Counted from the stretch's first letter, positions 29,770 through 39,269 are shown. The stretch: DNA of 64,000 nt from Candidatus Eiseniibacteriota bacterium (GCA_041483195.1 JBGPFC010000003.1:32001-96000), one strand, 5' to 3'. Numbers and translations: made by a program. Notes: a model not told the origin generated them from the sequence alone.

Positions 29770-30351
29770 ATGTGGCGAATCATCGGCGATGCGCTGAAGC
29801 AGGGGGTGGTGACCGGCAAGGCCGGCGCCTCGCTCCCGCCCGAGCTGGCGCCCGCCCAGCGCGAGCCGGAGGCCGCGCACGAGGCGCTGGGCCAGGCGCT
29901 GCGTGCCGAGATCCAGCGCGTGTTCAGGCGCTCCTTCAAGCTGCGCCACGTGGACTGCGGCTCGTGCAACGGCTGCGAGAGCGAGCTGCAGGCGCTGCTC
30001 AATCCGTTCTACGACCTCCAGCGCTTCGGCATCGACTTCGTGGCGTCGCCCCGCCACGCCGACGCGCTGATCGTGACCGGCCCTCCCACGCGGCACCTCG
30101 TCGAGGCGCTGCGCCTCACCGACGAGGCGACGCCGCGTCCGCGCATGATCGTCGCGATCGGTGATTGCGCGTGCCACGGGGGATTCTGCGCGGGATCGTT
30201 CGCGACGCTCGAAGGCGTGCACGAGGTGGTGCCGGTCGACCTGCGCATTCCGGGCTGCCCGCCGCGGCCCGCCGCCATCATCCGCGGATTGTTGAGTGCG
30301 CTCGGACGCTCCGCGCCCGGCGCGATGGTGTCCGGCTCCGCACGGGTCTGA
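29770..30351 (+). CDS. hyfI: Group 4 hydrogenase small subunit (NuoB-like)
   Basis: CGSCNGCE, SPRHAD, GDCA, IPGCPP. Confidence 0.9.
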   Translation: MWRIIGDALKQGVVTGKAGASLPPELAPAQREPEAAHEALGQALRAEIQRVFRRSFKLRHVDCGSCNGCESELQALLNPFYDLQRFGIDFVASPRHADALIVTGPPTRHLVEALRLTDEATPRPRMIVAIGDCACHGGFCAGSFATLEGVHEVVPVDLRIPGCPPRPAAIIRGLLSALGRSAPGAMVSGSARV

Positions 30352-30374
30352 CCCCGCGCGCGGCCCCGCGCGCT

Positions 30375-30992
30375 TCAGAAGCGAATGGCTACCGCGAGCG
30401 CCGGGGCGCGCGCGTCGCGGGTCACGCCCAGACCGACCGTCGCGTGCGCGCGCAGCCAATCGGCGTTGCGCCGGTCCACGTGGTCCGGAACGACCACCAC
30501 GTCCCACACCGCGGAGGTCCCTACCACCGCGGCCCCGAGCACCATGACCAGGATGCCGGGGCCGAAATCGGAGGACGTCTCGCCGCGCCAGTAGCCGTCC
30601 GGCGCGGCGGCCAAGGCGACGATTCCGAAGCCCAGCGCGCGCACACCCATGCCGATCGCGCCGCGGCGCGCGAGCCCGCCGTAGAGGAAACCCGCGGCCG
30701 GCGTGATCACCTCGGCGCCGAGCGCCGCCAGCCCGATGCGCGGGTCGTGATCGCGGGTGCTGGCAGACGAGGCGATGGCGACCGGCAGCGCAGTCCCCAC
30801 GGCGCTCAGCAGCAGCGCGACGCCGGGCCAGGGATGCGGCACCGAGTCGAGCGCGGTCGGCGCGGCGTGCGGAAGGCCGCGCTCGATGATCGCACCGCGT
30901 CCGCGGGCCGCGTCATGCGAAGCCGGAGCCGCCGCGCCCGCGTTCGACGCGAGCGCGGCCAGCCCGAGGACGAGGGCGAGCATCGCGCGCAC
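30375..30992 (-). CDS. Hypothetical exported/membrane protein
   Basis: Signal peptide MLALVLGLAALASNAGA, several hydrophobic segments, ends LAVAIRF. Start GTG 30992 or ATG 30983. Confidence 0.6.
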   Translation of the reverse strand: MRAMLALVLGLAALASNAGAAAPASHDAARGRGAIIERGLPHAAPTALDSVPHPWPGVALLLSAVGTALPVAIASSASTRDHDPRIGLAALGAEVITPAAGFLYGGLARRGAIGMGVRALGFGIVALAAAPDGYWRGETSSDFGPGILVMVLGAAVVGTSAVWDVVVVPDHVDRRNADWLRAHATVGLGVTRDARAPALAVAIRF

Positions 30993-31005
30993 GCGCGGCC
31001 TCACC

Positions 31006-31236
31006 TCACCAGATGTGCCAGATGAGGTGCGCACAGAGATAGACGACCGTCCAGGTCATACCCAAACTCACCGCGTTACCGAGTCGCGGCGCCGGCCGGG
31101 TGCTCGCTGCCGACCCGATCCATCCCAACGGGAAGCTGAGCATGATGAAGCCCGCCGGAATCCAGCTCTTCGTCAGGAAGCCGGAGGCCGCGCCGGCCAG
31201 GGCGGCATATGCGAGTGCGATCAGGAAGTTTTTCAT
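31006..31236 (-). CDS. Small (76 aa) multi-TM hypothetical protein
   Basis: MKNFLIALAYAALAG...; ATG overlaps the stop of the upstream gene (TGATG); about 3 hydrophobic helices. Confidence 0.65.
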   Translation of the reverse strand: MKNFLIALAYAALAGAASGFLTKSWIPAGFIMLSFPLGWIGSAASTRPAPRLGNAVSLGMTWTVVYLCAHLIWHIW

Positions 31237-32102
31237 CAGTGAATGTGGGTGGTGTCCGGTGGAGTGACCCAGAACATCCTGTCGGCCGACCACATCCCGA
31301 ATATCGTACCGAGCGCTACGCGTCCCACAGCATCGAACATCGTGCCGGGCGGCCAATCGCGGAAGGATACCAGAATCCCGACCGCGCCGATTTCCGCCCC
31401 AGCCATGATCGTCTTCGTTTGCATGGCGGCAAGATACTGCGTCCCGGGAGAGAGATGGGGTTGAAACATGAAGGGGGTGCTGGTCTCGAACGTCGTGTAT
31501 CGGAACTCCAGGGCCTCATCATTCCACAGCGGATGCGGGGCGATGGCACCGTCTTCCAGGCCCGGATCCGCGAGCGCGCCTCCGGCCTCCGTGGACGTCA
31601 CGCCGATCATCGCGAAGATCTCGTCCGATGGATTGTCCGACAGCGTGAAGACGCCGGACGAATCCCGCAGGGTCATGCCCAGCACCTGAGTCGTGGGCAC
31701 AAACCCCACCTCGGGGACGAAATAGGGCTTCGTGGCGACGATCAGGACGGGCTGATCCGCGCCGTGTGCCAGCGGATCGAACCCGGGCTTCTCGAAAGCG
31801 ATCACCGCGCATGCGTACCCGTCGCGGGTGGCGCCCAGGTCCAGGTCTGCCCGGCGAACGTAACCGCGGGCGGTCATCGTTTCGATTGCGCCCTGCACGC
31901 AGGTCAGCTCGAGCGCGTGATGCCGAACCTCGGCTGCATCGCGCATCCCGAAGGGAAGGCTGTTCGGCCCGCCGCGCCACTGGGTCGGACAGATGAAGCC
32001 GCCCCCTTCGGGCGGCGCGTCGCCGGTGCTGGTTCGCACCGGGTTTGCGATTGCGAACGCGGGGATCAGCAGAAGCAGGAGCGTGAGCATTCGACCGAAC
32101 AT
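31236..32102 (-). CDS. Secreted hypothetical protein (288 aa) with hydrophobic C-terminal helices
   Basis: GGAG RBS, signal peptide MFGRMLTLLLLLIPAFAIA; it is the C-terminal part of track ORF 31236..33569. Confidence 0.7.
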   Translation of the reverse strand: MFGRMLTLLLLLIPAFAIANPVRTSTGDAPPEGGGFICPTQWRGGPNSLPFGMRDAAEVRHHALELTCVQGAIETMTARGYVRRADLDLGATRDGYACAVIAFEKPGFDPLAHGADQPVLIVATKPYFVPEVGFVPTTQVLGMTLRDSSGVFTLSDNPSDEIFAMIGVTSTEAGGALADPGLEDGAIAPHPLWNDEALEFRYTTFETSTPFMFQPHLSPGTQYLAAMQTKTIMAGAEIGAVGILVSFRDWPPGTMFDAVGRVALGTIFGMWSADRMFWVTPPDTTHIH

Positions 32103-32378
32103 GATAGAAGTTCTCCGGCGGGGACGGTGTGCGGGGGCACGAGGGCGATGGCCCGCGGACCACGCGGCTCCCGTTGCTTCAATCGTGCCGCGAGCCCGGC
32201 CGTGCAATCCCCGGCTGCTTCGCGTGCCGGCCGCGCGCCCGGGGCTCCAGCCAGTGCACTCGGTTGACGCCGGCGGCTCCGACGTTGGCGGATCTCCGGC
32301 ATCCGCGCCCCGGCCCTCGCGCGGTTGACTGCGCGCGCGCCCGTCGGCACATTGCGCGGCGTGAAGATCGAACGCACC

Positions 32379-35132
32379 ATGGGTCAGGCGCTCGTCGCGC
32401 TCGCGCGGCGCATCGTCAGTGCCGCCACCGCCGCGCTCATCACGCTCACGGCCACCGCGCTCGCGCCCGCCCCCGCCCGCGCCGGGCTCGGATGGCGCAC
32501 GCTGCGCACCGAGCACTTCACGGTCTTCTATCCGCGCGGCTACGAGGCGCAGGCGTGGGAGGCGCTCGCGTCGATCGAGCGCGCCCGGCCCGCCGTCGAA
32601 TCGCTCACCACCAATCGCGTGCGCCACGCGTCGATCGTCATCGAGGACGTTGGCTCGACCGTGAACGGCGCGACCGACCCCATCAACGAGAGCGTGCACC
32701 TGTTCACCTACGCGCCCGGGATGATGGACTTCCCGTCGGACTCCTGGTGGAGCGAGGTCGCGGCCCACGAATACACGCATCTGCTCCACCTCACGCGGCG
32801 GCGAGGCATCCCCGGGATCGTCGCGCGGATCGGCGGCAACGCGCTCAATCCGATGACGTTTTCGCCGGGCTGGGCCAGCGAGGGGCTCGCGGTGTACGAG
32901 GAGTCGCAGCGATCGCCGTACAGCGGCCGGCTCAACGACGGGTTCTTCGACGACTACCTGCGCGTCGCGAGCGGCGACCAGCGATTTCCCTCGCTGATGC
33001 GCGCGACCGCGACGCCGCTGGAGTATCCGTACGGCGTCCAGTACGTCGCCGGCGGCGAGTTCGAAGGATGGGTCGCGCGCCGTTACGGCGAGCGCAAGCT
33101 CTCCGAGTTCAACGGCGCGTACGCGGCTTCGCCCTGGTCGTACCTCTCGTCGCTCTTCCCGAGCGTGGGGCTCGACCGCACGGCGGAGAACGTGTTCGGC
33201 CGATCCTTCCCGATGCTGTGGAGCGACTTCGAGAAGGCCGAGGCCCAGCGACTGCCCGCGCCGCGCCGCTCGGCGGAGCGCCTCACGCACGACGGCTGGG
33301 ATCTCGGCAATCTGCTGATCGATGGCGGCACGCTCTACTACACCCGCGCGTATCCGGTGCGCACCGCGGCATTCAGCACCTGGGGCTTCAATCAGATCTG
33401 GGCGCGCGATCTCGCGAGCGGCGCCGAGCGGCCGGTGCTCACCACCACCGCCCCGATCGCATCGCCGTTCCGCATCGCGCGCGGCCACCTCTACTACGCG
33501 ACCTCCGAGCTGGCCCGCGGCTACGCGAACACCATGGCGATCGGATTCGGCTACGTTTCGCTGCTGCACGAGCGCGATCTCGCGACCGGCGGCGACCGCG
33601 TGATCCGCCGCGGCGCGATGCGCGGGTTCGCGATGCTCGCGGACGGCCGCGTGCTCTACGCGCGCGACCGGCGCGGCGCGTTCGGCTCGGAGCTGCGGGT
33701 GCTCGACCCCGCGACCCGCCGCGACAGCCTGCGGGTCGCGCTCGATCTGCTGGTGGACGAGATCGTCGTGGATGGCGATCGCTGCGTGCTCACCGCGAAG
33801 CCCGATGGCGAGCAGTACAGCCTGTACCGTCTCGATCTCGCGACCGGCGCGGCCGCACCGCTGGTGCGCACGCCGTTCGTGGAAGGCCGCGCATCGATCG
33901 CGGGCGACCTCGTGTTCTTCTCCGCCAACTACGACCGCACCTACGCAGCCTACGCGATCGATCTCTCGACCGGCACCGTCTCGCGGCTCACCGACGGCGG
34001 CTACGCGTCATCGCCCGCATACGACGCCGCGAGCCGCACGCTCTACTTCGCCGGGCTCAGATCGTACGGCAACGATCTTTATCGCATCCGCGCGAGCTTC
34101 GCGCCGTTCGCGCTGCCCGGGGATTCCACGGTGTCGGGCGTCGCGCCCGAGATGAACCGCGGCGCGGTAACGCGCGGCGGCTACCTGGACAATCTCAAGC
34201 ACATGGCGCCGCACGCGCTTCACGTGCCATGGGTGTCGGACGACGGCAACGCGGCCGGGCCGCTGTTCATTGGCGCCGACGCCATCGGCCATATTCCGCA
34301 ATACGTCGTGGCGCCGCTCTACGACTGGGAGAGACATCACCCGCGCTTCATCGCAGGAGTCCAGAGTGCGCACTTCGCGCCGCTGCTCGGCTCGGTGTTC
34401 TACGACGACGCGAGCGGCGAATCGCTGAACGGGTCGCTGGTCTATCCGCTCGTGCTGCGGCTCTCCCCCGGCGTGCAGAATCTGGTGGCCGGAACGAGCG
34501 TGTACGTGCACGACGTGTGGCATCGCCGCGAGCTGAGCCCGTTCGCGAGCATGCTCGTCGCGTGGCCCACGACCGTCGCGTTCGCCGCCGTCACGGTGCC
34601 GATCGAGCGCAGGTCGTGGGAATCGAGCATCAATCGCAACGCGCGGACCGCGGACCTGGGCGTGGCGCGCAAGGTGCGCGGCGGGCAGGTGGTCGCACAG
34701 GCGCGCTTGATCGACGACCCGATGAATCGCGACAATCCGTTCGACACGCTGCGTGGCTACGACGACGAGCTGCCCGCGTTGCGCGGCGGCGAGGCCGCGG
34801 TGGACGCGTCGGCGCCGATCTACAAGGTGAGGCGCGGCGTGTGGGGGATCGCGACCTACGTCGAGGGCCTCTACGGCGGCGTGTTCGTGGACGGCGCGGC
34901 GGGCGAACACGCGCGCACGCGTGTGGCCTACGGCGCGGAGGTGCACGCCGAGCTGGATGTGACCACGTTCGGAATCCCGCTCGACTTCGGCTGGCGCGTG
35001 GTGCAGAACCGCGAGGGCCGCGCGCGAGGGGAGCTGTTCGCGAGCTCTCGAACGTCGCTCGCGGGCGCGTTCACTGGCGCGGGGGACGTGATGCGGAGGT
35101 GGAGAGGACCGTTTCGGAGGTGGGGGCGGTAG
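32379..35132 (+). CDS. Exported protein: gluzincin (HExxH) domain, TolB-like beta-propeller and C-terminal beta-rich region
   Basis: Signal peptide ending APARA, WRTLRTEHFTVFY, HEYTH...SEGLAVYEE, propeller-like repeats, amphipathic beta-strands. Confidence 0.75.
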   Translation: MGQALVALARRIVSAATAALITLTATALAPAPARAGLGWRTLRTEHFTVFYPRGYEAQAWEALASIERARPAVESLTTNRVRHASIVIEDVGSTVNGATDPINESVHLFTYAPGMMDFPSDSWWSEVAAHEYTHLLHLTRRRGIPGIVARIGGNALNPMTFSPGWASEGLAVYEESQRSPYSGRLNDGFFDDYLRVASGDQRFPSLMRATATPLEYPYGVQYVAGGEFEGWVARRYGERKLSEFNGAYAASPWSYLSSLFPSVGLDRTAENVFGRSFPMLWSDFEKAEAQRLPAPRRSAERLTHDGWDLGNLLIDGGTLYYTRAYPVRTAAFSTWGFNQIWARDLASGAERPVLTTTAPIASPFRIARGHLYYATSELARGYANTMAIGFGYVSLLHERDLATGGDRVIRRGAMRGFAMLADGRVLYARDRRGAFGSELRVLDPATRRDSLRVALDLLVDEIVVDGDRCVLTAKPDGEQYSLYRLDLATGAAAPLVRTPFVEGRASIAGDLVFFSANYDRTYAAYAIDLSTGTVSRLTDGGYASSPAYDAASRTLYFAGLRSYGNDLYRIRASFAPFALPGDSTVSGVAPEMNRGAVTRGGYLDNLKHMAPHALHVPWVSDDGNAAGPLFIGADAIGHIPQYVVAPLYDWERHHPRFIAGVQSAHFAPLLGSVFYDDASGESLNGSLVYPLVLRLSPGVQNLVAGTSVYVHDVWHRRELSPFASMLVAWPTTVAFAAVTVPIERRSWESSINRNARTADLGVARKVRGGQVVAQARLIDDPMNRDNPFDTLRGYDDELPALRGGEAAVDASAPIYKVRRGVWGIATYVEGLYGGVFVDGAAGEHARTRVAYGAEVHAELDVTTFGIPLDFGWRVVQNREGRARGELFASSRTSLAGAFTGAGDVMRRWRGPFRRWGR

Positions 35133-35172
35133 CTTGATACAGGGCTGCACGCTTTGCCACGCTCAGAACGCG

Positions 35173-36039
35173 TCACCCCTCCGCCCCCGCCACTAATACG
35201 ATCCGATTCCCCGACGGATCGCGCACCGCGACGCCCTCGGGCACCGTCTCCACCTCCACCCCCGCCTCGCGCGCCCGCGCGACCACGCGATCCCGCTCCC
35301 CCTCATCCGGCAATCGCACCACGAAGTACCGCAGCCCCACCGAGCCCGCGGGAGGCGCCGGCGCGCCGACTCCCGCCCACGTGTTGAGCCCGATGTGGTG
35401 GTGGTATCCGCCGGCGGAGACGAACAGCGCGGATGGTCCGAAGCGCAGCATGAGGTCGAATCCGAGCACGTCCACGTAGAACTTCTGCGCAGCGTCGAGC
35501 CCGGCCACGTGCAGGTGCATGTGGCCGATCCTGGTGCCGACCGCGAGCCCGCTGAAGGCCGAGTCGTCATCGCCCAGCTCGGAGAGCACGCCGTCGGCAT
35601 CGAGCGGATCGGTCGCCATGCGCACGAAGCCGCCGTCGAACCGCCACTCCGCGCGCGGGCGATCGCGGCAGATCTCGATCCCGTTGTCGTCGGGATCGGA
35701 GAGGTAGAGCGCCTCGCTCACCAGATGATCCGCGGCTCCGGTCAGCGGGGTCTCCGTCTCGACGAGATGGGCGAGCGATCGCGCGAGGTCGCGGCGCGAG
35801 GGCACGAGCACCGCGAAGTGGTAGAGGCCGGTGGTTCCGCGCACCCGCTTCGCGCCGCGCTCCTCGTGCAGCACCAGCAGGTCCGCGCCGCCCGCGCCGA
35901 GCCGCGCGCTCGACTGCTCGCGCAGGCGCGTGCGAAATCCGAGCCGCTCCTCGTAGAACGCAATCGCGCGGGCGAGGTCCGACACCGTGAGGTGCACGGC
36001 GCCGAGGGTGGTGCCGGGATGAATCGAGGTGTGGGTCAC
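35173..36039 (-). CDS. Two-domain VOC/glyoxalase protein (CatE-like ring-cleavage dioxygenase family)
   Basis: GAVHLTV, GLYHFA, DHLVSEALYLSDPDDNGIE, IGHMHL, GGYHHHIGLNTW; GTG start. Confidence 0.9.
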   Translation of the reverse strand: MTHTSIHPGTTLGAVHLTVSDLARAIAFYEERLGFRTRLREQSSARLGAGGADLLVLHEERGAKRVRGTTGLYHFAVLVPSRRDLARSLAHLVETETPLTGAADHLVSEALYLSDPDDNGIEICRDRPRAEWRFDGGFVRMATDPLDADGVLSELGDDDSAFSGLAVGTRIGHMHLHVAGLDAAQKFYVDVLGFDLMLRFGPSALFVSAGGYHHHIGLNTWAGVGAPAPPAGSVGLRYFVVRLPDEGERDRVVARAREAGVEVETVPEGVAVRDPSGNRIVLVAGAEG

Positions 36040-36167
36040 GGGCGCTTCCGATGCTGGAGTGGGCCGGCACGGATCATCTCTCATCATCGAATCGTCGCAC
36101 AGCGAAAACCCCGCGCGGCTCTGGCTGCCGCGCGGGGCTCGTGCTGAGGGTATGACCGTGCTCGACG

Positions 36168-36701
36168 CTACCAGCCCGCCTTGGTCGGTGTGACGCCGTA
36201 CTTCGAGAAGTGCCAGAGCGGGGTGATGATCTGGAAGTCCGGCCAGCTCAGCCGCGAGCCGGTTACCGTGCACCACGTGCCGCTGGCCGGATTGAACCAG
36301 CGGGTCTCGAACAGATGCGGATTGAGAGCGGTGCCGAGGTAGCCCGCGACCAGCATCACCGGCAGCCTGAAGCCGTTCGCAGACGGCGGGCTGATCTCGA
36401 GCGAGCACTGAAGAACGCTCTGATCGGGGATCGTCATCGTGATCGTGGCGGTGCCGTTGATCGCCCCGGGGGGCACGATGAGCGTGTAGCGGCCGGCGCT
36501 GAGAACGCCGCCCAGCAGACCGTGGATGGTGACGGAGCGCGTGATGCTTTCATTGGAAGACGCCGGCACGCTGACGAACTCGGGATTCGAGGCGCAGTCG
36601 CCATTGGTGTCGGCGAATACTGGACGTGCCTGGATCAGCAACAGCGCCGCGACCGCGAGGAGTGCGCCGCGCAGAAGCCGGGAACGGAAGATCGAGAGCA
36701 T
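36168..36701 (-). CDS. Secreted hypothetical protein (ZU5-like beta domain)
   Basis: Signal peptide ending PVFA; GGVLSAGRYTLIVPPGAI...HFSKYG. Confidence 0.65.
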   Translation of the reverse strand: MLSIFRSRLLRGALLAVAALLLIQARPVFADTNGDCASNPEFVSVPASSNESITRSVTIHGLLGGVLSAGRYTLIVPPGAINGTATITMTIPDQSVLQCSLEISPPSANGFRLPVMLVAGYLGTALNPHLFETRWFNPASGTWCTVTGSRLSWPDFQIITPLWHFSKYGVTPTKAGW

Positions 36702-36797
36702 CGGGGGGCCTCGAACTGGTGGTGCGAGTCAAAATGAGCCCGGCAATGCCCGTCCGCTGACTCGCGATTGGAGACGGGGGTCTCTGCCCTCCTGTTG

Positions 36798-36813
36798 TGC
36801 AGGCGTCGTGCCC
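36798..36813 (-). promoter_or_regulatory. Putative sigma54 -24/-12 promoter
   Basis: Minus strand GGGCACG-ACGC-CTGCA, about 100 nt upstream of the 36701 start. Confidence 0.4.
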
Positions 36814-36996
36814 GGGGAGGATCGCGTCTAGCGGAATTCTTCTCGTGCGGCGGGACACGGAGTTACGCGGCCCCACGTGTCGGTGCGCGCCTCACGTTGC
36901 GGCCCCGCAATCCATGCAATGGCGAATTGAAATGCGCGGCTGCGCGGAACCACGCAGGGCCGGGGGAAAATGACGCGGGGCCCGCGAGGCCGAACC

Positions 36997-38010
36997 TCAA
37001 TGGCGCTTGCGGTAGGCGTCGCGCTCGCGGAACGCGAGGTCGAAGATCTCCGCGGGAACCATGGTGGCTCGCATCTTGGCCGCAAACTGGTCAGAGGTCG
37101 CGCGCCATTCGGCGGCGGCGGCCGGGGTGGCGCGGATCAACGTGAGCCCGCGCTTCTCCATCTCGACCACGGCCAGGCTGTCCTGCCCGGGAATCTGCAT
37201 CTCGAGCTGGGCCTCGGCCTTCTTGCATGCGGTCAGCAGCGCGACGCGGTCGGCATCGGAGATCCGGCTCCACGCCTGCTTCGTCACCACCAGCGCGCCC
37301 ACCAGCGGCGCGATCCCGATCTCGCCCATGTTCGGCGTGGTGCGGAACCATTGCAGCGAGAGCGCCGCGAGCGGCGTGGTCGGCAGCGCGTCGAACATCC
37401 CGGTCTGGAGCCCGGTCACGATGTCGGTCATCGCGAGCGGCACCGGCTGAAATCCGTTCTCCTTCCACATCGAGACCATCCGGTCGTCTCCGGCCCACAC
37501 GTACATCTTCAGCCGCTTGAGGTCATCGACGCTGGTCGCGGGCTTGCGCGTGAACATGTGCACCCAGCCGGCGTGGCCCCAGTTGAGCATCACGAAGCCG
37601 CGGGCATCGAGCCGCTGGCGGAGCGTCGGCTCCATCCGGTCGAGCACGGTGAGCAGCTCGCCGTAGCTGTCGAAGAACATCGGGATCTCGAACACCTTGA
37701 ACGCCTCGTCGATCGCCGAGAGCCCGACCACCGTGAGCGCCGCCGCCTGGAGCTGGCCGATGCGCATCTTGCGCACCATGTCGGGCTCATCGCCGGCGAC
37801 GCCGCCGGGATAGACGCGCAACGCGACGCGGCCCTGGGTGGTCTGCGACCACTGGGCGCCCATGCCGAGCAGCACCTTGTGCCACACCGAGCCGTCGGGA
37901 ACCAGGCTCGCGAGCTTGATGGTGACCGGCGCCTGGCTCGCGGTGGGACGGGGAGCGAGCAGCGCGAGCAGGAGTGCTGCGGGAATCAGCGCGCGGGGCG
38001 CGAACTTCAT
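36997..38010 (-). CDS. dctP: TRAP transporter substrate-binding protein (TPAT-type)
   Basis: IKLASLVPDGSVW, YPGGVAGDEPDMVRKMRIGQL, GLQTGMFD; ATGA overlap with tatT. Confidence 0.9.
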   Translation of the reverse strand: MKFAPRALIPAALLLALLAPRPTASQAPVTIKLASLVPDGSVWHKVLLGMGAQWSQTTQGRVALRVYPGGVAGDEPDMVRKMRIGQLQAAALTVVGLSAIDEAFKVFEIPMFFDSYGELLTVLDRMEPTLRQRLDARGFVMLNWGHAGWVHMFTRKPATSVDDLKRLKMYVWAGDDRMVSMWKENGFQPVPLAMTDIVTGLQTGMFDALPTTPLAALSLQWFRTTPNMGEIGIAPLVGALVVTKQAWSRISDADRVALLTACKKAEAQLEMQIPGQDSLAVVEMEKRGLTLIRATPAAAAEWRATSDQFAAKMRATMVPAEIFDLAFRERDAYRKRH

Positions 38011-38963
38011 TTCGTTTCCTCCGGTTTGGCGTCGCCGGCATCGAGGAACAGATCGTCGGCGCGGGCCAGCAACGCGCGCGCCTTGCGCTGCATGATCACG
38101 GTCTCGAGTCGCTGCGACGGATTCTTCTCGGGGTCGATCGCGAGCGCCTGATTGAGGAGACGCTCGAACGTCTTGCGATCCTGCTGCGGCACGGCGACGG
38201 CCTCGGCGAGCGCGACGTACGGGCCGGGGCGGTCGCCCTTCGAGATCGCGACCGCGCGCTCGAAGTGCTGCTTCGCGTGCTCGATCGATCCGCCGAGATC
38301 GGCCGGCAGCGCATCGAGCGCGATCATCGCCTCGTGAATCGAGCCGCCTTCGAAGTTCTCGTTCAGCGCGAGCGCCCGCTCCATGAGCGCGCGCACGGCG
38401 GGCAGGTCGGCCACCAGCTCGGGCCGGTCCTTGCCGAGCGCGATCGCGGAACCCCACGCCGCGGCGGTCCAGAACAGGATCGGTTGCTCCCGCAGCGTGA
38501 TGGCCTTCACCGCCTCCTGCGGCGCCATGCTCAACCGCTGCGTGATGCCCTTGTGCCGCAGCTCGAGCCCGCGCAGTCCGTAGCCGCGCGCGCGCAGGTA
38601 GAGCTTGAGCGCGCGGTCGTTCATGGTCGTGACCTTCTCGTAGTCGGTGTCGCCCGCGATGTCGGCGTCCATCTGGACGAAGGCGTACGCGTACTGGGTG
38701 AAGCCCTGGGTCGCGCCGAGCAGCAGGCCCTCGTGTTTCGGCGATTCCTTGAGCAGCATCTCCATGGTCTTGAGCCCGAACGGCAGCGCGCCGCGCACCA
38801 GCTCCGGGTCGTCGTCAGACGTGAAGGCGTCGCCCCCCTGCGCGACCGAGTCGCCGATCGCGTTGATCGCGTACTTGCGGATCGAGCACGAGGTGGCGCC
38901 GAACAGCAGCGATGCCGCGGCAAGCGCGAGCCACGGCCACGGGGCCGCGACTTTCGGGAGCAT
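38007..38963 (-). CDS. tatT: TRAP transporter TatT component (TPR lipoprotein)
   Basis: Lipobox ATSC, SDDDPELVRGALPFGLK, QYAYAFV, GGSIEHAKQHFERA. Confidence 0.88.
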   Translation of the reverse strand: MLPKVAAPWPWLALAAASLLFGATSCSIRKYAINAIGDSVAQGGDAFTSDDDPELVRGALPFGLKTMEMLLKESPKHEGLLLGATQGFTQYAYAFVQMDADIAGDTDYEKVTTMNDRALKLYLRARGYGLRGLELRHKGITQRLSMAPQEAVKAITLREQPILFWTAAAWGSAIALGKDRPELVADLPAVRALMERALALNENFEGGSIHEAMIALDALPADLGGSIEHAKQHFERAVAISKGDRPGPYVALAEAVAVPQQDRKTFERLLNQALAIDPEKNPSQRLETVIMQRKARALLARADDLFLDAGDAKPEETK

Positions 38964-39269
38964 GAGCCGCGAGCAAGGGCCAGCCTCACCATGCGGGCGG
39001 CGGGCGGCACGAGTTGAGCCTGCGCTCGAGTCCACGAACATGGGGCGGACCGTCCTTTGGTCCTTGGGCCTGGGGCGATGGGGAGTCGCTTTGGGTCGGC
39101 GGTGGATGCGGCGTGAAGCTAGCGGCAGGCTTGGCGGGCCGTCAAGGACGCCGGACCCGCGTCCATCGCGGGCGTCGAGGCGGAGTTTGCGCGCCCCGGG
39201 CCGGGGTGTGGCATATTCCCCCGGCTCGATTTGGACCCCTCGTTCCATTCTCTTCGATGGAGGCTTGTC

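Noticed and set aside
23039..30351. Respiratory complex I (nuo) or Mrp antiporter operon
   Set aside because: Gene set is hyfBCEFGI-like, lacks nuoA/E/F/G/I/J, and the large subunit has Ni-binding CxxC pairs.
32103..33569. N-terminal 489 aa of the 777 aa minus-strand ORF
   Set aside because: Antisense to the 32379..35132 gene; the real start with RBS and signal peptide is at 32102.
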